From Nitrosomonas sp. (lineage in GTDB: Bacteria > Pseudomonadota > Gammaproteobacteria > Burkholderiales > Nitrosomonadaceae), in the NCBI RefSeq assembly GCF_040240425.1, contig NZ_QPHG01000017.1:6806-70805 (forward strand): DNA of 64,000 nt, given 5' to 3'. A program made the position numbers and the translations under genes. Shown here piece after piece: positions 1-10,500 of the stretch (position 1 is the first letter of the stretch; each line of letters starts with the position of its first letter). Under the pieces are notes generated by a model that was not told where the DNA came from, did no database searches, and saw only the letters and a list, made by a program, of their open reading frames with translations.

Positions 1-679
1 ACTGGCAACTGGCAATGTCTACAAAGCAGAAGCCTTAATCCGCTGGCAGCACCCAGAACGAGGCACTGTGTATCCAGGGGAATTTATCAGCATCGCGGAA
101 GAAACCAATCTCATCACCGATATCGGCGATTGGGTTTTCAAACAAGCGGTCAATCAGGTCGCCCTCTGGCAAACCCATTTCAACGCCGGTTTTCAGATCA
201 GTATCAATAAGTCACCCAAGCAATTCATCAGCAAAATGAGCGATTGGGTCAGCCACCTCAACGAGCGCGGCTTGGATGGGCAGAGCATCATTGTTGAAAT
301 TACTGAAAACTTGCTGCTCGATGTGCACGAATTGGTAGTTAAACAATTATTAAATTACCGCGATGCAGGTGTCCAGGTGGCCATCGATGATTTCGGCACG
401 GGTTATTCCTCACTGTCCTATCTGAAGAAATTTGATATCGATTATCTCAAAATCGACCGTTCATTCATTTCCAATCTGGACAGCAAATCCAACGATAGAA
501 TTCTGTGCGAAGCGGTTATTACAATGGCGCATCGCTTGGGCATGAAGGTCATCGCCGAAGGCGTCGAGACGGATTTGCAAAAAGAATTATTGACTTCTAT
601 GGGCTGCGATTTCGGGCAAGGTAATTTTTTCAGCAAACCGATGACTGCCGATAAATTTGAAACACTCCTTCTACAATAG
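1..679 (+). CDS. EAL-domain c-di-GMP phosphodiesterase, C-terminal part (gene continues off the left edge)
   Basis: The frame of ORF 68..679 stays open back to position 2. It reads ..KAEALIRWQHPERG.., the EAL signature. Downstream motifs are DDFGTGYSSLSYLK, KIDRSFI and EGVE..Q. Stop TAG at 677-679. Confidence 0.9.
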   Translation, partial: LATGNVYKAEALIRWQHPERGTVYPGEFISIAEETNLITDIGDWVFKQAVNQVALWQTHFNAGFQISINKSPKQFISKMSDWVSHLNERGLDGQSIIVEITENLLLDVHELVVKQLLNYRDAGVQVAIDDFGTGYSSLSYLKKFDIDYLKIDRSFISNLDSKSNDRILCEAVITMAHRLGMKVIAEGVETDLQKELLTSMGCDFGQGNFFSKPMTADKFETLLLQ

Positions 680-844
680 AAACAAATCCGCTAGTATCTC
701 GTCTCCGTCCTTCAGCGATTCCGCTGAAAACCGGACAAGAAAGATAAAAAAACGTTTCTCCTGTAAGTAATTGTCTGCAATTAAGCATTTTGCTTATTCA
801 ATAAAATCGATCAAAGTGCTAATGTTAATTTTTTTGGAGGTCAT

Positions 845-1900
845 ATGAAAATATTTTTATTCCTGGCACTCATAGTAAGTTCATACAGTTATGCTCAAAG
901 CGGGCATGATCATCAAGGTGATGCGAAAAAAAAGGACGACCATCATAGCGAAATGCATGATGACGGCCATCACGGGATGGGCGGCATGATGCACGGCGGC
1001 CACCACAAGCTCGATAAAACCACGTTAAAACAATTCTTTGAACCCTTGCCGGCATCGATTATCGACGAAAAAAAGAATGCTGCTTTAATCGCATTGGGCA
1101 AAAAACTGTATCTCGATCCCAAACTATCAGTGAATGACACCATTTCCTGTAATTCCTGCCATCAGCTGAATAATTTCGGTGTCGACAGCCAACCTACATC
1201 ACCGGGTCATGAAGGAAAACGCGGCGGCAGAAATTCTCCCACCACGTTCAATGCCGCGCTGCATATCGCCCAATTCTGGGATGGACGCGCGAAAGACGTT
1301 GAAGAGCAAGCGTTGGGACCGATTTTGAATCCGATCGAAATGGGCATGCCGAGTGAAGCTGCGGTTGTCGACAAACTGAAAAAAATCGACGAATACAAAG
1401 CCATGTTTGCCGAAGCATTCAAAGATGAAAAAGATCCGATTCAATACAAAAATATTGGTAAAGCCATCGGCGCTTTTGAGCGCACGCTGATTACCCCATC
1501 ACGCTTTGACGATTTTCTCAAAGGCGATGAAAATGCGTTGAATGATGCCGAAAAAAGAGGCTTGCAAAAATTCGTCCATATGGGATGCGCCAATTGTCAT
1601 AACGGCGTGGCCATCGGTGGCAATTCCTATAAAAAAATCGGTCTTGTCGAAGAATATAAAACATCCGATGAAGGCAGGTTTGCTGTAACCGGACTGGAAA
1701 CCGACAAAAAAGTATTTAAAGTACCTAGCCTCAGAAACATCACCAAAACAGCACCTTACTTTCATGACGGTTCGATCAAAACATTGGATGAAGCCATCGA
1801 AGAAATGGCGGAACACCAGCTCGGACGGAAAGTGGGCCCTGGTTTTGTCGAGGATGTCAAAGCCTTCCTGGGCGCCTTAACCGCGAAAGATAGCAAATAA
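845..1900 (+). CDS. Di-haem cytochrome c peroxidase (CCP/MauG family) with a His/Met-rich N-terminal extension
   Basis: GGAGG at 836-840, ahead of ATG 845. Signal peptide ends ..SYSYA-QS. Two CxxCH motifs (CNSCHQ, CANCHNG). CCP-typical GRNSPT, FWDGRA, PSLRNI and APYFHDGS. Confidence 0.9.
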   Translation: MKIFLFLALIVSSYSYAQSGHDHQGDAKKKDDHHSEMHDDGHHGMGGMMHGGHHKLDKTTLKQFFEPLPASIIDEKKNAALIALGKKLYLDPKLSVNDTISCNSCHQLNNFGVDSQPTSPGHEGKRGGRNSPTTFNAALHIAQFWDGRAKDVEEQALGPILNPIEMGMPSEAAVVDKLKKIDEYKAMFAEAFKDEKDPIQYKNIGKAIGAFERTLITPSRFDDFLKGDENALNDAEKRGLQKFVHMGCANCHNGVAIGGNSYKKIGLVEEYKTSDEGRFAVTGLETDKKVFKVPSLRNITKTAPYFHDGSIKTLDEAIEEMAEHQLGRKVGPGFVEDVKAFLGALTAKDSK

Positions 1901-1937
1901 AACCTCAGCGTTTGATTGTTATTGGCTAATTTGACGG

Positions 1938-1972
1938 ATGCCGCTGCCAGATGGATAGACAGCGGCATTTTT
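1938..1972 (+). terminator. Rho-independent terminator after the peroxidase gene
   Basis: ATGCCGCTG (1938-1946) pairs with CAGCGGCAT (1960-1968). A T-run follows at 1969-1972. Confidence 0.7.
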
Positions 1973-2142
1973 ACATGCACCCCCCATTTCATCGCAAATA
2001 AGTTTCCTCACCCCCCTCTGCAATTTTTAATCCGCATCGGCTATGCTTTATCCGGCAACTGCTTTCTTTGCAGAATAGTGAGCACCATAACCGCTATACT
2101 ATCCACTCAGTCAGTATTATTTGTTAAACCGGAGGTGAAACA

Positions 2143-2574
2143 ATGAAATTGGGAATAACGTTGATCGCGGGATCCATCTTTCTGGGCTTATCGGCCTGCT
2201 CAAGCACTGGACCTGTTATATATCCGAACACGCATTTTCTATCTGTCGGCAAAGCAGCTGCTGAAAAAGACATTGAAGATTGCAGAAAAATGGCTGAATC
2301 AGCCGGCGCCAAGGAAGGCGGCGATCAATTGGGTGATGTGGCTAGCAGCACCGCAATGGGCGCCGGTATGGGGGCCGTAAGCGGTGCAGCAGGCGGGGCG
2401 ATATACGGTGCAGCCGGGCAGGGTTCTTTAGTGGGCGCAGCCAGTGGCGCGGTTGCGGGACTATTACGAGGAATTCTGTTTTCCTCGAAACCCTCACAAC
2501 CCAGTCAAGCGTATACCAATTTTGTATCGCGCTGCCTGAAAGAGAAAGGTTATGAAGTGACTGGCTGGGAATAA
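2143..2574 (+). CDS. Lipoprotein with glycine-zipper region
   Basis: Lipobox LGLSAC near the N-terminus. Gly/Ala-rich stretch (GAGMGAVSGAAGGAIYGAAGQGSLVGAASGAVAG) typical of glycine-zipper outer-membrane lipoproteins. GGAGG lies just upstream of the ATG. Confidence 0.7.
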   Translation: MKLGITLIAGSIFLGLSACSSTGPVIYPNTHFLSVGKAAAEKDIEDCRKMAESAGAKEGGDQLGDVASSTAMGAGMGAVSGAAGGAIYGAAGQGSLVGAASGAVAGLLRGILFSSKPSQPSQAYTNFVSRCLKEKGYEVTGWE

Positions 2575-2951
2575 CCGGAAACGATGATCGTTCACATACC
2601 GCTCGTTATCCCGGCAATATCAGCAAAATCACTATGCCAGATAATTGAACGATAGCCCCTTTAAGATGATGAACAATATTGCACAATCATATTTTTGTTT
2701 CTTCGTCCATGAGTTGCACACCTATTCCAAATACCAGTAGCGCTATTTCATGAGCAAACTTTCTCCTCCAGGAAAAATCAAATAGCATATATTTATAATT
2801 AAGAAGCACCGCTTAGCAAATGATTTTTTGATGAATATTATTCAAACCTCAGAATTACCGGGAAAAGCCCCGGGTGATCTTTAATTGTTTCAGCGGCAGG
2901 GTCTGTTATCAATAGCGTATCTTCAAAAATATTGACATGGAGGTAATGGCA

Positions 2952-3182
2952 ATGATTAAAGAACTTTCTTTCGATGATGACGACAGTATCTATCCTATTG
3001 ATAGTTTGAATGATGAGGATGATGTTCTAACGGATAGCAAAATACCGCCCGGAAAATTTGCAAAAATAATCGATGAATTTGAAACTGCCAAAGATGAATT
3101 TGACGATGACGAATTCGAGACCGTCAAAAATGATCTGGACGAGGATGACGACGTGACACTCGATACGTTGGGATTGCGTTAG
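2952..3182 (+). CDS. Small highly acidic protein (about 76 aa), paralog of 4033..4233
   Basis: GGAGG at 2939-2943 sits 8 nt before ATG 2952. The ORF track start 2937 and ATG 2946 are too close to or overlap the SD. About half the residues are D/E. The N-terminal LSFDDDD...VL.D..IP...IDE.E pattern is shared with the second copy. Confidence 0.6.
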   Translation: MIKELSFDDDDSIYPIDSLNDEDDVLTDSKIPPGKFAKIIDEFETAKDEFDDDEFETVKNDLDEDDDVTLDTLGLR

Positions 3183-3258
3183 CTCTAGCCGCTGCAATAG
3201 CACTGCTTGCGGCATAGCGAGCACAGCATGACAATTTTTCCGCAGGGGATAAACCGCT

Positions 3259-3876
3259 GTGAGTGCAGATGTAGAAATTTTAGAGAAAACGATTTGTTTT
3301 GAAGGTTTCTTCCGGATAGAAAAATACCGGTTGCGTCATCGGCTGTTCAATGGCGGCTGGAGCCGCCCGCTGGCTCGTGAACTGTTCGAACGTGGCCATG
3401 CCGCCGCCGTCCTGCCGTATGATCCAATTCGCGATGCAGTCATCCTGATCGAACAATTCCGTGTTGGCGCGCTAACCGCACCGGGCGGGCCTTGGCTGCT
3501 GGAAATCGTCGCTGGCATGATCGAAAGCGGTGAAACTGCGCAAGACGTAGTCAAACGCGAAAGCATCGAAGAAGCCGATTGCATCATCACCGACTTGCTC
3601 CCAGTGTGCGACTTCCTGGTCAGTCCCGGTGGCACCAGCGAACGCATTGCCCTGTTTTGTGGCCGGGCCGATGCGACACAGGCCGGTGGTATTCATGGTG
3701 CTCCCGAAGAAGACGAAGACATCAAAGTGCATGTCGTTCCGCTGGATACTGCATTCACATTTCTACAATCGGGCCGGATCAATTCGGCCAGTGCCATCAT
3801 TGCATTACAGTGGCTGGCCTTGAATCGAGAACAAGTGCGAACCCAGTGGCTATCACAACCAATCTCCGTAACTTAG
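3259..3876 (+). CDS. nudF: ADP-ribose pyrophosphatase (Nudix hydrolase)
   Basis: Nudix box AGMIESGETAQDVVKRESIEEADC. Length and N-terminal pattern (FFRIEKYRLRHRLFNGGWS) are typical of NudF/ADPRase. GTG start. Confidence 0.8.
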   Translation: MSADVEILEKTICFEGFFRIEKYRLRHRLFNGGWSRPLARELFERGHAAAVLPYDPIRDAVILIEQFRVGALTAPGGPWLLEIVAGMIESGETAQDVVKRESIEEADCIITDLLPVCDFLVSPGGTSERIALFCGRADATQAGGIHGAPEEDEDIKVHVVPLDTAFTFLQSGRINSASAIIALQWLALNREQVRTQWLSQPISVT

Positions 3877-4032
3877 CGGCACCGCACTGAAATCATCCGG
3901 ATTAGCCTTTTCTGAATGCTCTTTTCAAAGCCCGGAATTATTACAAAGAATCCTTTCTAATCCTTCCTTTCCACTTCACCGCCATATGTTCTAATGAGAG
4001 TGTATTCAACCCACATCGCAAGGAGGTTTGCC

Positions 4033-4233
4033 GTGGCATTGAAAAGACTTTCGTTTGATGATGAGGATAATGCTGATCCTTCGGATATTGATGATGACAG
4101 CGTATTAGCCGATGGCATGATTCCGGATAGCCGGATCGTGGGATTGATTGATGAGTTGGAAGATAGCTGTGATCAACTCGATGCCGAGGATGAAGACGAT
4201 GAAATCATCGCGGACTCTCAGGAATTGCATTAA
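4033..4233 (+). CDS. Small highly acidic protein (about 66 aa), paralog of 2952..3182
   Basis: AGGAGG at 4021-4026 sits 6 nt before an in-frame GTG at 4033, inside ORF 3994..4233. The product starts (M)ALKRLSFDDEDNADPSDIDDDSVLADGMIP..LIDELED, aligning with the first copy. Confidence 0.6.
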   Translation: MALKRLSFDDEDNADPSDIDDDSVLADGMIPDSRIVGLIDELEDSCDQLDAEDEDDEIIADSQELH

Positions 4234-4277
4234 GTGCTGCCATCCAACCGATGGATCGGCATCTAATGCCTTTATCC

Positions 4278-6026
4278 TCAATCAGATTGATCCGAGCACA
4301 CGCAATTACGTCCCTGTTTCTTGGCGCGGTAAAGCTGTTGATCCGCCTGGGAAATCAATTCATCCAGCGATACATTGGTCACTAAGGTATGGGCAACGCC
4401 AAAACTGGCGGTAAATAAAAGCTTTTCACCTTTGATGCTTGTCAGTTGAATCGCGTTGACTTTATTACGCATCCGTTCTGCAATGGCAATTGCATCGGCT
4501 AAACGGGTTTCCGGCAGAAAAATCAGGAATTCCTCGCCCCCCCAACGCGCCAGGATATCCCCGCTGCGCGCTTCTTTCTGCAAGGTTTCCGCCAATTGCA
4601 CCAAAACCCGGTCCCCCAAGGCATGACCGTAAGTATCATTGAGTAACTTGAAATTGTCGATATCCAGAATGATGACGGAGGTACTACTCTTGCTGCGTAG
4701 CCCCATGGCCCAGATCGGTTGTACATATTTATAAAAAGACCGCCGGTTATTCAGATTGGTCAGTGAATCGATACCGGCCATTTTTTCCGCCAATAATTTC
4801 TCGTTCTGATTGATATTAAAGCGTTCGCCCAATGCCAGCGCCAGTAAGATGGCGTCCATCATCATGCCGATATCGGTCGCCCGGTAAGTCCATTCGGTAA
4901 ACGGAATCAATCCCCAAACAGCATTGGCGGTAATAGCACCGCCGCATATCGTGAAAATCGACGCCAGCAGAAAATACTTGGCGAATTGATTACCGGCTTG
5001 CAGCGAAATGACACCCAACACGATCGAAGAAATATAGAAAAAGAAGATGAACACCAGCGATATCAGCAGCGACACGACAAATTCGCCAGCCAACATCGCT
5101 AGCAGCATGAGTGCGCAAAAAACAACCGAGCTGGCGATGATAAAGCGATATACACGGGGCCAAGCCGCTTTGATATTCAGAAATTGCAATGCGAATGCAA
5201 ATCCGCTGACAGTACAGGCCATGATCAATACCGGATTGGCCCATTTCTGCCATTGCGGCGATTCCGGCCATAGCCATTGATAACCATGGCCGGTATAAGC
5301 GGTGTTCAACAGCAGAAAGAACAGCAGATACAGCGAGTAAAACAGATAGGGGCTGGTACGCAATCCAACATAAAGCATCACGTTGTAAGCAACCAAAGCC
5401 AAGATCACACCGTACATGAAACCATAGCTATACGCCTGCCATTGATCTCTATCCGCCAGTGCCTCGTTGCTGATGAAGTAAAGCGGCAAAACCATGTCAT
5501 CATCGGATTCCACCCGGATCAACACGGTCGTCTCACCGACGCTAAAATCATGACCGGCGACAAAAAACCGGTGATTCAGCGGGCGCTGGGAAAATAATAA
5601 GCTATCTCCCGTATGATAGCTGCCGGTCAGCTCATCCTGACGCAAGAAATAAATATCGACTTTATCCAGCCAGGAAGTTTCCAGAAGAAGATTCCGGCGC
5701 ACCGCGTTATGTCCATCGTTTTTGACGCTAAATGCCAGCCATACCGGTTTTGCGCCAATCCCGAAATTGATCACTGAACTACCGGATTGTGAGAACCGGC
5801 CATCTCGATATGCTACCAAGGCATCCTGCATGCGCCAGTGAATACCTTCATCCTGATAAACCCGGATATGCTGACCGATTGTTTCCTTGTATTCTTCCGC
5901 CACATTAATTGCCGCACTTGCCGTCAGACACCAGAAAACTGACATGAGCATCATACTTAGCAGCACGAATAGCTTCTTTATGAAACGTTCGTTCTGACGG
6001 TTAAGAATGGGATAAATAAATCGCAC
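4278..6026 (-). CDS. 7TMR-DISM receptor diguanylate cyclase (GGDEF)
   Basis: An N-terminal periplasmic 7TMR-DISMED2-like region is followed by about 7 hydrophobic helices. The C-terminal GGDEF domain has an intact RWGGEEF and an RSGD (RxxD I-site) five residues upstream. GTG start. A shorter start at the MMLMSVFW signal peptide is possible. Confidence 0.85.
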   Translation of the reverse strand: MRFIYPILNRQNERFIKKLFVLLSMMLMSVFWCLTASAAINVAEEYKETIGQHIRVYQDEGIHWRMQDALVAYRDGRFSQSGSSVINFGIGAKPVWLAFSVKNDGHNAVRRNLLLETSWLDKVDIYFLRQDELTGSYHTGDSLLFSQRPLNHRFFVAGHDFSVGETTVLIRVESDDDMVLPLYFISNEALADRDQWQAYSYGFMYGVILALVAYNVMLYVGLRTSPYLFYSLYLLFFLLLNTAYTGHGYQWLWPESPQWQKWANPVLIMACTVSGFAFALQFLNIKAAWPRVYRFIIASSVVFCALMLLAMLAGEFVVSLLISLVFIFFFYISSIVLGVISLQAGNQFAKYFLLASIFTICGGAITANAVWGLIPFTEWTYRATDIGMMMDAILLALALGERFNINQNEKLLAEKMAGIDSLTNLNNRRSFYKYVQPIWAMGLRSKSSTSVIILDIDNFKLLNDTYGHALGDRVLVQLAETLQKEARSGDILARWGGEEFLIFLPETRLADAIAIAERMRNKVNAIQLTSIKGEKLLFTASFGVAHTLVTNVSLDELISQADQQLYRAKKQGRNCVCSDQSD

Positions 6027-6272
6027 GTGGATTGAATACTGAATAACCTAATTATGTCGAAGGGGACGATAGTAAATTACAATCTATAAAAATTGCAGAT
6101 TATACCCCTTCTCCACGATACGAAAAAATTTCGTATCCGTAACCCATCCATTTCCTACAGACCCTATAACCCCAAAAGTATCCAGCATTTTTACTGGTTA
6201 TAAAAAGTTTGATTATGCTGTAACAAAAGCATGTTATCTTCACCGCACACCTGACTATTTATAATCATTACG

Positions 6273-7529
6273 ATGAATCCAACGACTATACAACTCATCG
6301 CCGCGGCGTTATTCGCTCTGGCAATCATTCACACCTTCTCAACCAAATTCTTTGAACATCTGGCGCATCGTCAGCCGCAACACGCCGGTATCTGGCATTT
6401 GCTGGGCGAAGTGGAAGTCGTGTTCGGTTTTTGGGCGATGGTCTTAATCCTGTTTATATTCGCCGCAAACGGGAAACATGAAGCAATAACCTACCTCGAA
6501 TCCCGTGACTTCACTGAACCCATGTTTGTATTCGTCATCATGGTGATTGCCGGCACACGCCCGATTCTGGATTTTGCGGCGGCCTCTGTTCGAGGCGCAG
6601 CCATTGTTCTGCCAGTAAATACCGGCACAGCAATGTACTTTCTATTGCTGGCCTTTGTTCCGTTGCTCGGTTCTTTCATCACGGAACCCGCCGCCATGAC
6701 GCTGGCAGCGCTGATGCTACGCGACACATTATTCAGCAAGGAAGTATCCACTCGCTTGAAATATGCCACGGTCGGTGTGTTATTTGTCAACATCTCAATC
6801 GGCGGCACATTAACACCCTTTGCAGCACCGCCGGTATTAATGGTGGCCGGAAAATGGAATTGGGACATTTGGTTCATGATGACTACTTTCGGTTGGAAAG
6901 CGGCATTGGCTGTTGTTGTCAATGCATTTGCAGTAACTTGGTTATTCCGCCACGAACTGGGACACGTCAGTCAGAAGGATACTGTCGCGGCATCGCAAAC
7001 TCCTTTGCCGGTGGTATTGATACATATCGTATTTCTAGCGCTGATTGTTCTATTCGCACACCATCCTGCGGCATTTATGGGCATTTTTCTGTTCTTCCTG
7101 GGATTTACCGCCGCCTATCAGCAATATCAAAATCCATTGATTTTACGCGAAGCGCTGCTGGTTGCGTTCTTCCTGGGAGGATTGGTGGTATTGGGCGGAC
7201 AACAACAGTGGTGGTTGCAACCGTTGTTGCTGGAAATGGATGATACGGCGGTCTTTTTTGGCGCTACGGCATTAACCGCCGTCACGGACAATGCCGCGCT
7301 CACTTATCTGGGATCGCTGGTTGAAGGACTCAGCGAAGAGTTCAAAATCGCATTGGTTGCAGGTGCAGTAACCGGCGGTGGACTGACGGTTATTGCCAAT
7401 GCGCCGAATCCGGCAGGCTTTGCGATTCTAAAAGGCAAATTTCATGAACAATCCATTCATCCGCTGGGCTTATTAATCGCAGCACTGCCGCCAACCCTAG
7501 TGACTATCATTGCGTTTCGCGTACTCTAA
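6273..7529 (+). CDS. Polytopic inner-membrane protein, putative Na+/H+ antiporter-like (DUF1504-type)
   Basis: 418 aa and almost entirely hydrophobic helices. The N-terminal IHTFSTKFFEHLAH.. pattern resembles, from memory, the DUF1504/Na_H_antiport_2 family. Not verified. Confidence 0.5.
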   Translation: MNPTTIQLIAAALFALAIIHTFSTKFFEHLAHRQPQHAGIWHLLGEVEVVFGFWAMVLILFIFAANGKHEAITYLESRDFTEPMFVFVIMVIAGTRPILDFAAASVRGAAIVLPVNTGTAMYFLLLAFVPLLGSFITEPAAMTLAALMLRDTLFSKEVSTRLKYATVGVLFVNISIGGTLTPFAAPPVLMVAGKWNWDIWFMMTTFGWKAALAVVVNAFAVTWLFRHELGHVSQKDTVAASQTPLPVVLIHIVFLALIVLFAHHPAAFMGIFLFFLGFTAAYQQYQNPLILREALLVAFFLGGLVVLGGQQQWWLQPLLLEMDDTAVFFGATALTAVTDNAALTYLGSLVEGLSEEFKIALVAGAVTGGGLTVIANAPNPAGFAILKGKFHEQSIHPLGLLIAALPPTLVTIIAFRVL

Positions 7530-7533
7530 ATAA

Positions 7534-7567
7534 AAACAGCGCTGCAAGATGGCTTGCAGCGCTGTTT
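7534..7567. terminator. Bidirectional rho-independent terminator between convergent genes
   Basis: AAACAGCGCTGCAAG (7534-7548), loop ATGG, CTTGCAGCGCTGTTT (7553-7567). This is a perfect 15-bp stem flanked by an A-run and a T-run. Confidence 0.85.
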
Positions 7568-7579
7568 ATCCACCGAGCA

Positions 7580-10500
7580 TTAAGCTTCTTTGACCGGGCT
7601 TTGCAATGTATCCGCTGAAGGTAGCGATTCCGGCTGATTCTGTTCCGGTTCATTTTTCTTATCCGGTATATCGTCAAACCAGCGATAAATCATCGGCATT
7701 ACCACCATCGTCATCATTGTCGCCGTCATTAGCCCGAAAATCACGACGATTGCGAGTGGTTTCTGCACTTCGGAACCCAGCCCTGTTGCTGTCAAAAAGG
7801 GCGCCAAACCGAGCACCGTTGTAGCGGCTGTCATCATGACGGGGCGAAAGCGTTGCGCACAGGCTCTCCTCGCGGCTTCTTGCACGCTGAAACCTTTCTC
7901 ACGCAACTCGCGCAGAAAAGAAATCAGCACCACACCGTTCAAAATGGAAGTCCCCCACACCGCAATAAAACCTACCGATGCCGGTACTGATAAGTATTGA
8001 CCGGTTACAAATAGCCCGACTATCCCGCCAACCGATGCAAAAGGCAGTGCCAGATAAATGAGTACGGCCATTTTGATCGAGTTAAACAGCATGAACAGCA
8101 GGAAGAAAATAGCGGCTAGCGTTATCGGCACAATGACCGCCAATTTCGCCATCGCACGTTCCATGTTTTCAAACTGCCCGCCCCAGGCAAAATAATAGCC
8201 TGGCGGTAATTTAATTTCTTTGGCCGTCCGTTGCTGGAGTTCGGCGACGAAACCACCCAAGTCGCGCTCATGCACATTGGCGCCAACAACTACACGGCGC
8301 TTAGCAAACTCGCGCGAGATAATCGCGGGACCATCGATTACTTTAATTTCCGCTACCGCACTGAGCGGCACCAGCATGCCGCCAGCTCCCATTCCAGCTC
8401 GTGCGCCATCGATAGCTGGTCTAAGCAGCAATTCCTTGATGGCTTCCACATCATGGCGAAACTCTTCCGGGAATCTCAGCAACAGCGTAAAACGCCGCTC
8501 TCCTTCGAAAACCTGCGTAACTGCTTTGCCCCCCACGGCGGTGGCAATCATTTCATTGACATCAGATACATTGAGGCCATGACGGGCAATTGCACGACGG
8601 TCGATATTGATGGTTAATTCTTGTTGCCCTGACAAACGTTCAATACGGATATCCCGCGCACCACGGGTTGATTTGACGATACGCGCGACTTGTTCGGACA
8701 ATTTACGCAATTCTTCCAGGTCATCGCCAAAAATTTTGACAGCGACTTGCGAGCGCACCCCGGTAACCATCTCATCCACCCGCTGCGCGATGGGTTGAGA
8801 GATCACGATATTGACGCCCGGCAACACAGTCAGCGCTTTACGGATATCCTCTTCGATTTCCGCCTGAGTACGGCCGGATCCAATCAGATCGAGATTGGCA
8901 ATCGGATCGGATTCGTTCTGCGAAGCCGGATCGGCAGGGGTATCGCCGCGCCCCAATTTGGAAACAACTGATTTAACACCGGGGACCGCAGCAATCGCTT
9001 TCATGGCCTCGGTTTCAATTTTGATGGCTTCGTCCAAAGAAATTGACGGCGCACGAATAATCACCGGTGTGATAGAACCTTCCTTCATGATCGGAATAAA
9101 CGATTTGCCAAGTAACGGAAACAGCGCAAATGCCGCCATCAGTGCGGAAATTGCGATGATCATGGTTTTCTTCTGATTGCGGTTGGCCAAATCGTAAGTG
9201 TACAGATAGGCATTTTTCATCACGGCGATGATCTTGGTGTCTTGCTCACTGCCGCCTTTTAGCAGATAGTCACAAAGCACCGGAGACAGCAATAGCGATA
9301 CCAGTAATGCAATAAACAGCGAAATCGAAATAGTCACCGCCAATGGACTGAAGGTTTTTCCTTCCATGCCTTCAAGCGTCATCAAAGGCAAAAATACCAG
9401 CACGGTCACGATTAAGCCGAAAATAACCGGCGTACCCACCTCAGCTGTCGCATCCACGATTACATTGAATTTGGATTTTCCGGTGTCTTTGGCTTCTCCC
9501 AGGCGCTGATAAATATTCTCAACCACGACCACCGTCGGATCGACCATCATACCCAGCGCGATGGTCAATCCGCCAAGTGACATCAAATTGGCGGGCATAC
9601 CGTAATGATTCATCACCAGAAAAGTAATCAGTGGCGTGATAATCAGTGTGAAACACACGACAAAACTGGTGCGCACGGTACCGAGAAAAAGCGATAACAC
9701 CACAATTACCAGAATTAACGACTCTATCAGGGTGCTTTGCACCGTCCCTAATGCGGCATCGACCAGATCGGTGCGATCGTAAAACGGTACGATCTGCAAG
9801 CCGTCGGGTAGGATCCCACCCTCATTAATTTCTTTGACTCTCTCCTTGATTCTCCCGACGATTTCCTTGGCATTACCGCCGCGCAGCATCATCACGATGC
9901 CGGCGACCGATTCAGTGTCACCGTTTGTGATACTGGCGCCCTGACGCACTTCCCCGCCAAAAGCCACATGCGCAACGTCACGCACATAAACCGGTACGCC
10001 ATCCATTTCTCTGAGCACAATATTGCGGATATCTTCCAAACTGGAAATCAGGCCCACACCGCGAATCAGATATTGTTCATATTGCAATGCCAGAATATTA
10101 CCGCTGGCATTAGCATTATTACTCGCCAAAGCGCGATCCACATCGGTCAACGTCAGGTCGTAATGCCGCAACTTATTCGGATCGACGTACACTTGGTATT
10201 CCTTGACATGCCCGCCGATAGAATTGATCTCCGCCACCCCTCGGATTGAACGTAGCATCGGACGCACCACCCAATCTTGAACAGTGCGCCGCTCCATCAA
10301 TTCTTCTTCAGTTAATGTCCGCTTACCATCATCCGGGTGTTCAATCGTATATTGATAGACTTCACCCAGACCGGTAGAAACCGCCCCAAGCACTGGCGTA
10401 ATACCGGGTATCAGGCGCGGCGTGACATCTATAATTCGCTCCATCACTAACTGGCGCGCAAAAAACACATCGGTCTGATCGGTGAATACCAACGTGATTA

